A stretch of DNA of 64,000 nt from Dehalococcoidia bacterium (GTDB taxonomy: Bacteria > Chloroflexota > Dehalococcoidia > UBA6926), in NCBI GenBank assembly GCA_963666115.2, contig CAXXET010000008.1:96001-160000 (forward strand). The letters run 5' to 3'. Below the pieces are notes generated by a model, which saw only the letters and a list, made by a program, of their open reading frames with translations, was not told where the DNA came from and ran no database searches. Numbering within the stretch: the first letter of the stretch is position 1; each line of letters opens with the position of its first letter. The position numbers and the translations under genes were made by a program. Positions 57,167-64,000 of the stretch are shown one piece after another.

Positions 57167-58819
57167 ATGACAACACCAACACCCACCGCCTGGCGCAACA
57201 AGCTCCACTTCGGAGACAACCTCCCCATCATGCGGGAGCACATCCCCGATGAGTCCGTTGACCTCATCTACCTTGACCCCCCCTTCAACTCCAACGCCAC
57301 CTACAACGTCCTCTTCCGCGAGCACGACAGCAGCGAGTCCGCCGCCCAGATCCAGGCGTTCGATGACACCTGGCACTGGAGCACGGAGGCCGAATGGGCC
57401 TATGAACAGATCGTCACCAACGGCCCGTCCCGCCTCGCGGACATGCTCCAGTCCATGCGCGGGTTCCTGGGACGGAACGACATGATGGCCTACCTCACCA
57501 TGATGGCCCCGCGCATGGTGGAGCTTCATCGCGTCCTCAAGCCCACCGGCAGCATCTACCTCCACTGCGACGCTACCGCCAGCCACTACCTCAAGCTTCT
57601 CATGGACGCCGTGTTCGGGCCGGACAATTTCAGAAATCAGATCATCTGGAAGCGGACATCCGCCCACAGCGATGCCAGGGCAATGGGGCGAACCCACGAC
57701 ACCATCCTCTTGTACTCAAGGCAAGTCAGGTCGTTCCAATGGAACTCTCAGTATCAGGACTACGATCCCGATTACATCAGGACCCACTATCGCTATACCA
57801 GTGAGGATGGCCGGGTATTCCGTACCGACAATCTAACCGCCGGCGGCCTAAGCGGCGGCGGTTACCAATATGAATGGAATGGTGTCAGCCGCACGTGGCG
57901 CGCGCCCATAGAGACGATGCAACGCTGGGAAAACGAAGGGAGAATCCGCTACACGCGCAACGGGGTTGCGGAGTATATTCGCTATCTCGATGAGATGCCG
58001 GGCGTGCCGCTCCAGGACGTATGGAACGATATACCTCCCCTGAATCCACAGGCGCGCGAGCGCCTTGGCTACCCCACCCAGAAGCCGGAGGCCCTGCTTG
58101 AGCGCATCATCGCCGCGTCCAGCAACGAGGGCGACGTCGTGCTCGACCCATTCTGCGGATGCGGCACCGCCGTCGCAGTCGCAGAGAGGCTGGACCGCAA
58201 GTGGATCGGAATCGATATTACCCACCTGGCCATCTCTCTCATCCGCAGTCGGCTGCGCGATGCCTTTGGCGACGACGTCTCAGCTTATGACGTAATAGGC
58301 TCACCGGCGGATGTGGAAAGCGCCCGTGCCTTGTCGCTGGGAAACGGCAACACGGGCCGCTACCAGTTCGAATACTGGGCGCTTGGCCTCGTTGAGGCGC
58401 GACCTGCAAATGAGCGGCGCAAGGGCGCGGACTCCGGCGTCGACGGCATCATCCGATTCTTCGACGACAATTCCGGCAAGGCGAAAACCATCATCGTGCA
58501 GGTCAAGAGCGGGCAGGTTGGCCGCAACGTCATCGCCACCCTCAAGGGCGACATGGAGCGGGAGAACGCGGAGATGGGCCTGCTCATCACCCTTGAGCCG
58601 CCCACGAGGCCAATGACCGATGAGGCAACCGCCGCCGGATTCTACGTGCCGGAAGCATTCCCGGACAGGCAATTCCCGCGCGTCCAAATCGCCACCGTCG
58701 AAGACATCCTGAACGGCAACGGTCCCGCCATACCCCAACTCGGCCTTTCCCAGTCCCCCACCTTCCGCCGCGCCCCCCGCCAACGCCGCGCCCAGGGCCG
58801 CTCTCAGCGAATGGTGTAA
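57167..58819 (+). CDS. Beta-class DNA methyltransferase fused to Mrr-like PD-(D/Q)xK nuclease domain
   Basis: YLDPPFNS, GYPTQKP, DPFCGCGT; YQFEYW, GADSGVDG, IIVQVKSG. Confidence 0.85.
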   Translation: MTTPTPTAWRNKLHFGDNLPIMREHIPDESVDLIYLDPPFNSNATYNVLFREHDSSESAAQIQAFDDTWHWSTEAEWAYEQIVTNGPSRLADMLQSMRGFLGRNDMMAYLTMMAPRMVELHRVLKPTGSIYLHCDATASHYLKLLMDAVFGPDNFRNQIIWKRTSAHSDARAMGRTHDTILLYSRQVRSFQWNSQYQDYDPDYIRTHYRYTSEDGRVFRTDNLTAGGLSGGGYQYEWNGVSRTWRAPIETMQRWENEGRIRYTRNGVAEYIRYLDEMPGVPLQDVWNDIPPLNPQARERLGYPTQKPEALLERIIAASSNEGDVVLDPFCGCGTAVAVAERLDRKWIGIDITHLAISLIRSRLRDAFGDDVSAYDVIGSPADVESARALSLGNGNTGRYQFEYWALGLVEARPANERRKGADSGVDGIIRFFDDNSGKAKTIIVQVKSGQVGRNVIATLKGDMERENAEMGLLITLEPPTRPMTDEATAAGFYVPEAFPDRQFPRVQIATVEDILNGNGPAIPQLGLSQSPTFRRAPRQRRAQGRSQRMV

Positions 58820-58837
58820 GTCTTTGGCGATTCTCCG

Positions 58838-59107
58838 CTATGCCTGCTCAGCGAGCGCCAGTTCATTCAGCGTTTTCCCCGTAATCTCCATATAAAGCGC
58901 GTCCGCGCAGATATCGATGTCGTCGCCCCACGCAATCGCCCGGTACTCGGTCAAGCGAACCGACTCAAAGAAAGAGCGGTCGTTCCACGCGGCGAAGACG
59001 CCCTTCCCCGCCATGTCGGACAGGTCTATCTCGCCGGACGCCCCATCGTTGAAGCGCACCCAGATGCGGCAGCCCTCACGGGCCTCGACTGCTATCGGCT
59101 TGAGCAC
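58838..59107 (-). CDS. DUF2442 family protein (orphan antitoxin-like)
   Basis: IWVRFNDG.SGEIDL...GVF...FF..V....IAW...DIC.DALY. Confidence 0.8.
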   Translation of the reverse strand: MLKPIAVEAREGCRIWVRFNDGASGEIDLSDMAGKGVFAAWNDRSFFESVRLTEYRAIAWGDDIDICADALYMEITGKTLNELALAEQA

Positions 59108-59205
59108 CCCTGTCCTTCACGCGCAGTATACCAACGTTGGGGGGTGGGGGGTGGGCGGCTAATTGGTTGGGGTATGCGTGCGGGAAAGGCTACACTTGTT
59201 CCGTC

Positions 59206-62143
59206 ATGCCGCATACGGAACCTACAGTCAATGCAGCCCTCGCGGGTCTCCTGCGGCCTATGTTCGCCGGGGGGACGGTGGCGGGCGAGGACACGGGCGG
59301 GGTCAGCGAGAATCCGTCCCTCCGGTTGGACGCGCTGATCACTGCGCCTGGGCGGTCTCCGGTTTCGATCGAGGCGGAGTTTATGCCGGCTCGCACGGTG
59401 GAGGATGACGCGACGGCCCGGCTCGGCCTGACCGCGCGTCGAGACAACAAGACGATTGAGGCGGCATTGGCCGTGCGCTACCCGGAGCGGTTGAGAGACG
59501 ACCGGGTCGATATCGATTCCGAGTTGGGTGATGCGCGCCTGTCGTATGCCGTCTACACGCTCGAAGGTCCCCGCAACGCGCCCAGGCACGCGCGCTTTCC
59601 GGAGAGCGGCTGGCTTGAAGGAGACGTGGGAGACCTTGCGAACTTGGCACGGTTGGTTTCCACCTCTCAGCGCACGGTAGACGATGCCACGACGAATCTG
59701 GAGACAGGCATCAACGCCGGGGCGAGAATCCTTGGAGAAATGGATACTCGCCAGCCGGGCGTCAATATCGAGGTCGCACGAGAACTCGGCATGGAAAATG
59801 GCGAGCAAACACGCCGGATGGCCTGCGCCATCATCACAAATGCCCTGATCTTTCACGAGCGCATGGTCGGGATGCTCCCCGAACTACGCCTTACGTCTCT
59901 GCGCGGCGTCGCGGGCGCCGACGTGCTCGATCCGCAGGGCCGCGTCCTCGACGCGTGGCGGGAGATTCTGCACGTCAACTATTTCCCGATATTCCATATT
60001 GCGCGGCGCGTTCTGACACAACTGCCGGCGGCACATGGAAGTCACTTGATACGGGTGCTAAGCCAGACGGCCTGGGAGACAACGTCCACGGGAATTGACA
60101 ACGCGCACGATTTGACCGGGCGCGTCTTTCAGCGGCTAATCGCCGACCGCAAGTACCTGGCCACGTTCTACACCCGGCCGGGCGTCGGCAGCTCTCCTCG
60201 CTCAACTCGCGATTGCGAAATTGCAGGGTGTCGATTGGTCAAGCGCGGACGACATCGGCCGGCTGCGGATAGCGGACTTCGCGTGCGGGACAGGCGCGCT
60301 GCTCTCGGCAACATACGAACAGATCGCCTCTCGCTACGCCCGGACGGGGGGCGATTCGCGGAACCTGCACACAACGATGATGGAAGACGTGCTGATCGGC
60401 TGCGACGTGATGCCGTCCGCCGTTCACATCACAGCGTCGACCCTGGCAGGCATCGAGCCGGTTGTGCCGTACGGCAGCGCAAAGCTGTACACGATGTTCT
60501 ATGGGCGCCAGCCCAACGATGACGTGCAGATCGGCTCCCTGGAGTTCCTGGCGGCAGACAGCGTCTTGACGAATACCCGTGAGGGCGGCACGTCAGCGCA
60601 GATGGGCGACGGCGGCGAGGAGACCCCTGATAACGTCTTCGCAGACGTGCCTGACGGGAGCCTGGACCTTGTCATCATGAACCCGCCGTTTACGCGGGCG
60701 GGGTCCGATTGGGAGGGGGCGAACAGAGACGAAGACTACGTTAAGCAGTTCAGGGGGCTGAGCACTGCGCTCGATACGCAGAAGGAGATGTCGGAACGGC
60801 TGCGCCGCTTTACCCGCAATACGGCGTATCACGGGTATGCGGGGATTGCCTCGGCATTCGTCGCGCTCGCCGACAAGAAGCTCAAGCCCGGCGGCGCGCT
60901 CGCTCTCGTCTTGCCCATCTCCGCTGCCGCCGGAATGTCGTGGCAGTCGTTTAGACGACTCATCGGTCGTTCGTACACGGACGTCGAGGTTCTTACCATC
61001 ACGTCGAACGGCGGAGGGATTTCGTTCTCGGCGGATACCAACATCGCGGAATGCCTGGTCATTGCCACGAAGAATGACGGCGCGGGCAATGAGAATACGG
61101 GGCGATTCGCGTCATTGGAGCGCCGCCCGCGCGACATGATGCAGGCCTCGGTGCTCGCGGACGCGATCACGGGGATAACGGCGCCCCGGTCGATTGACGA
61201 CGGACCGTATGGGGGCACGGCAATCATGGTTGGCGAGCAGCCGACCGGCGAACTCATGGCGCTGCCTGTCACGAGAGACGGGGACATTTGGGGGACGGTG
61301 CGGCTGCTGGACGGCTCCGTCGCGCAGACGGCGCACGCGCTGAGCGAGTCACGCTTGTGGCTGCCGGGGAATGCAAACGGGACCGATCTGCCAATAGCAG
61401 CTCTGTCTGAAGTAGGCCATCGGGGCTGGCACGACATAAACATTGCCAGCTCCTCGGGGCCATTTACAAGGACTCCGCCACGCCCTACAGCTACTTACCC
61501 CGCGTTGTGGAGCCATGATGCAAAGAGAGAGACTCGACTGGTCTGTGAACCTGACACCGAATTGCGCGTCAAGCAGGGGCAGGAGGCAAGAGCAAGCGAG
61601 GCGTGGGCAACGGCAGGCCGGGCCCATTTGAGCAAGGGGTTTCGGTTCAATTCCCAGCCCCTGTCGGCAGCATACACCGCAACACTGTCCTTGGGCGGCG
61701 GCGGATGGCCAAACGTCAACTTCGCCAACGAGGCTTCCGACAAGGGGTTTATCCTCTGGTCGAACTCTACTCTGGGATTAGTTTCCTACTGGTGGCATGC
61801 GAACCGCCAACAAAGCGGGCGGGGAATGATGACGGTTACTTCTATGGACTCTCTGCCCGTCCTGGATTTTCGGGGGATGAGCGATGAGCAGCTCGCCGCG
61901 GCGGAGCGCATCTTCGAGGAGTTCAGTGACAAGGATTTGATGCCGGCCTACCTGGCGGACGCTGATCCGAACCGCGATCTGCTCGATAGGCGGGTCGTCA
62001 TGGACATGCTGGGATTCGATGAGGACGTCTATCGGGGGGTGCGTCGGCTGGCGCAGAAGTGGTGCGCGGAGCCGTCCGTTCACGGGGGCAAGGCGCGTCC
62101 TCGTGACGCGCGTCCTATCCTGGGGGATTCTTCGCTGGGCTGA
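59206..62143 (+). pseudogene. Type IIG-like restriction-modification fusion with +1 frameshift at a G run near 60181 (real or sequencing error)
   Basis: RLDAL...SIEAEF, DLTGRVFQRLIADRKYLATFYTRP/ASAALLA, DFACGTGALL, VIMNPPF. Confidence 0.8.
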
Positions 62144-62158
62144 GGGCGGGCGGGGGGG

Positions 62159-62629
62159 CTACTCCGTCGGCGCGCGCAGAATCAGCACCGGCACCCGGGC
62201 GCGGCGCATGACGCGGTCTGAGACGCTGCCTACTATGAAATCGCTTACTTTGCCGGCGCCGTGCCAGCCCATCGCGATGATGTCGCAGTTGTTGGCCTCG
62301 GCGGCTTCGAGAATCACATCCGGCGTGGGGCCCCATTCGACCATCGTGGTTACGGTGAAGCCGTAGTCATCGAGGTCGTCCTTTGCCGCGTTGACGATCT
62401 CGTCCGCCTCCGTGCGCGTCTGCTGCTCAATGCCCCGGAGGTCTTCATGGGACGGCAGGCGGGGGACGAAGCCGAGGCGGATGGAGGACGGCCCGGGCAT
62501 CCTGAGGTGGGCGACGTTGAGCACGATGATTTCAACGGCGTCCGCCACGTCGCCGAACAGCCTGCCCAACCACTCCACGGACGACACGTCCTGGTCGGAC
62601 CCGTCCAGGGCCAAGAGTATGCGCGTCAT
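62159..62629 (-). CDS. Universal stress protein
   Basis: ILLALDGS, DIIAMG.HG, GSVSDRV...ARVPVLI. Confidence 0.92.
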   Translation of the reverse strand: MTRILLALDGSDQDVSSVEWLGRLFGDVADAVEIIVLNVAHLRMPGPSSIRLGFVPRLPSHEDLRGIEQQTRTEADEIVNAAKDDLDDYGFTVTTMVEWGPTPDVILEAAEANNCDIIAMGWHGAGKVSDFIVGSVSDRVMRRARVPVLILRAPTE

Positions 62630-62639
62630 GGGCTGCTGC

Positions 62640-62810
62640 CTACTGCGCGGCGCGGCGGCGCCTGAGCCTGCTCATGATGAAGCCGGCGGCGATGCCGATG
62701 ACGGGGGCGGCGGTGAGGAGGGCGAGGGAGCCGACGATGAGCCAGTGGGTGTAGTCGTATCCGAGGATCATGGTGTCTTGCCTTTGCACGTGGTGCTCTA
62801 TCGAGTACAT
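62640..62810 (-). CDS. Small single-pass membrane protein
   Basis: GGAG RBS; MYSIEHH...WLIVGSLALLTAAPVIGIAAGFIMSRLRRRRAQ. Confidence 0.5.
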   Translation of the reverse strand: MYSIEHHVQRQDTMILGYDYTHWLIVGSLALLTAAPVIGIAAGFIMSRLRRRRAAQ

Positions 62811-62898
62811 GGTACTCCGTTTGGGGGCGGTTGGGGCGGGGATGATGACGGGTTGCGAACGCTTGTTGCATTTGCATGCGCGGCGTGGTACGGTTCAC

Positions 62899-62912
62899 AG
62901 AACGCGCGTTCG
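62899..62912. promoter_or_regulatory. LexA (SOS) box upstream of comM/yifB
   Basis: AGAAC-GCGC-GTTCG perfect core; second near-match GAAC-GCTT-GTTG at about 62857. Confidence 0.65.
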
Positions 62913-62971
62913 CCGGAGAGGTAGATTCTTCGCTGCGCTCAGAATGACATGCGCGCGTGGGGAGGAAAGCA

Positions 62972-64000
62972 ATGACGTTGGCACACGTGCGGAGCTGCGC
63001 GGTTGTTGGGCTTGAGGGTTCGATTGTGGAGGTGGAGGTGGACATCGCGCCCGGGCTGCCCGCGTTCACGATCGTGGGGCTGCCGGACATGGCCGTGCAG
63101 GAGGCGCGGGAGCGGGTTCGCGCGGCGATCAGGAACTCCGGGTATGAGTTCCCGCAGCGCCGGATCACGGTCTCCCTCGCGCCCGCGGATCTCAAGAAGA
63201 ACGGCACGTCGTACGACCTGCCCATCGCCGCCGGGATTCTCATCGGATCGGGGCAGGCGGGGGCGCAGTTCTCGATGGAGGACGTCGCGTTCCTGGGCGA
63301 GCTCTCCCTCGAAGGGCAGGTGCGCCACACACAGGGGGTGCTGCCGATGACGGCGCTGGCGCGCGAGAACGGTTTGACGCAGATCGTCGTGCCGGCGGTC
63401 GACGCGCCGGAGGCCGCGCTGGTGGACGGGGTCGAGGTGCTGCCGGCGGGGAACCTGCGGGAACTGGTGGAGCACATCAGCGGCGAGCAGTCGTTCAGGC
63501 CGTTCTACCAGACGGAGCCGCCGGCGGACCCGGGCGGGGCGGACACGCTCGACGGGTTCGACATGTCGCTCGTTCGCGGGCAGGAGAACGTGAAGCGGGC
63601 GATGGAGGTGGCGGCGGCGGGGGGCCACAACCTGGTGATGATGGGGCCGCCGGGGAGCGGAAAGACGCTGCTGGCGCGCTGCCTGCCGTCCGTTCTTCCC
63701 ACGATGACGCGGGAGGAATCGCTGGACGTGACGAAGATTTACAGCGTGGCGGGGCTGCTGCCGCCGGAGCGGCCGTTGATCTCCGCGAGACCGTTCCGCG
63801 CGCCGCATTACACGGTGTCCAACGCGGGGCTGGTTGGCGGGGGGCACTGGCCCAGGCCCGGGGAGATCACGCTGTCGCACCGAGGCGTCCTGTTCCTGGA
63901 TGAGATGCCGGAGTTCGGCCACCACATCCTGGAGGTTCTGCGTCAGCCGCTGGAGGACAAGGCGGTGACGATCAGCCGCGCACAGGGCTCGATCACGTTT
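62972..64000 (+). CDS. comM: YifB/ComM Mg-chelatase-like AAA+ ATPase (runs off window end)
   Basis: [50 protein letters not shown]. Confidence 0.92.
   Translation, partial: MTLAHVRSCAVVGLEGSIVEVEVDIAPGLPAFTIVGLPDMAVQEARERVRAAIRNSGYEFPQRRITVSLAPADLKKNGTSYDLPIAAGILIGSGQAGAQFSMEDVAFLGELSLEGQVRHTQGVLPMTALARENGLTQIVVPAVDAPEAALVDGVEVLPAGNLRELVEHISGEQSFRPFYQTEPPADPGGADTLDGFDMSLVRGQENVKRAMEVAAAGGHNLVMMGPPGSGKTLLARCLPSVLPTMTREESLDVTKIYSVAGLLPPERPLISARPFRAPHYTVSNAGLVGGGHWPRPGEITLSHRGVLFLDEMPEFGHHILEVLRQPLEDKAVTISRAQGSITF

Overview
High-GC bacterial chromosome segment, most likely Chloroflexota (Dehalococcoidia/SAR202-like; inferred from gene content and Gram-positive-type LexA boxes). A housekeeping backbone (dnaN, dnaJ, gyrB, tRNA-Ser, pntAB, serS, an MrfA-type helicase, comM/yifB) is interleaved with many small accessory modules. 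These include toxin-antitoxin pairs and orphan antitoxins, a PRTase-DprA (ShosTA-like) pair, a Fic protein, an Nmad2 gene and five restriction-modification-type loci (PLD nuclease + N6-MTase, dcm-vsr-EcoRII, MTase-HNH fusion, MTase-Mrr fusion, type IIG-like). The most intriguing element is an isolated phage-derived structural operon at 49.6-53.7 kb (major capsid, adaptor, propeller/hub-like protein, OB-fold spike-like protein, ASCH). It has host-like base composition and no portal, terminase, integrase, tail tube or lysis genes, so it is a candidate domesticated GTA-like particle or nanocompartment. Other notable signals: LexA-type boxes in front of two R-M methyltransferase units and comM; an ATT start codon on serS; a promoter/operator-led cassette of two RlmJ-like paralogs behind a Cys-motif-EcsC fusion; four families of short palindromic repeats, one copy inserted in frame in the helicase; and a sharp C-to-G skew switch at about 15.7 kb. 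Several frameshifts fall in short homopolymers and may be sequencing errors. All product calls come from motif recognition, not database searches.
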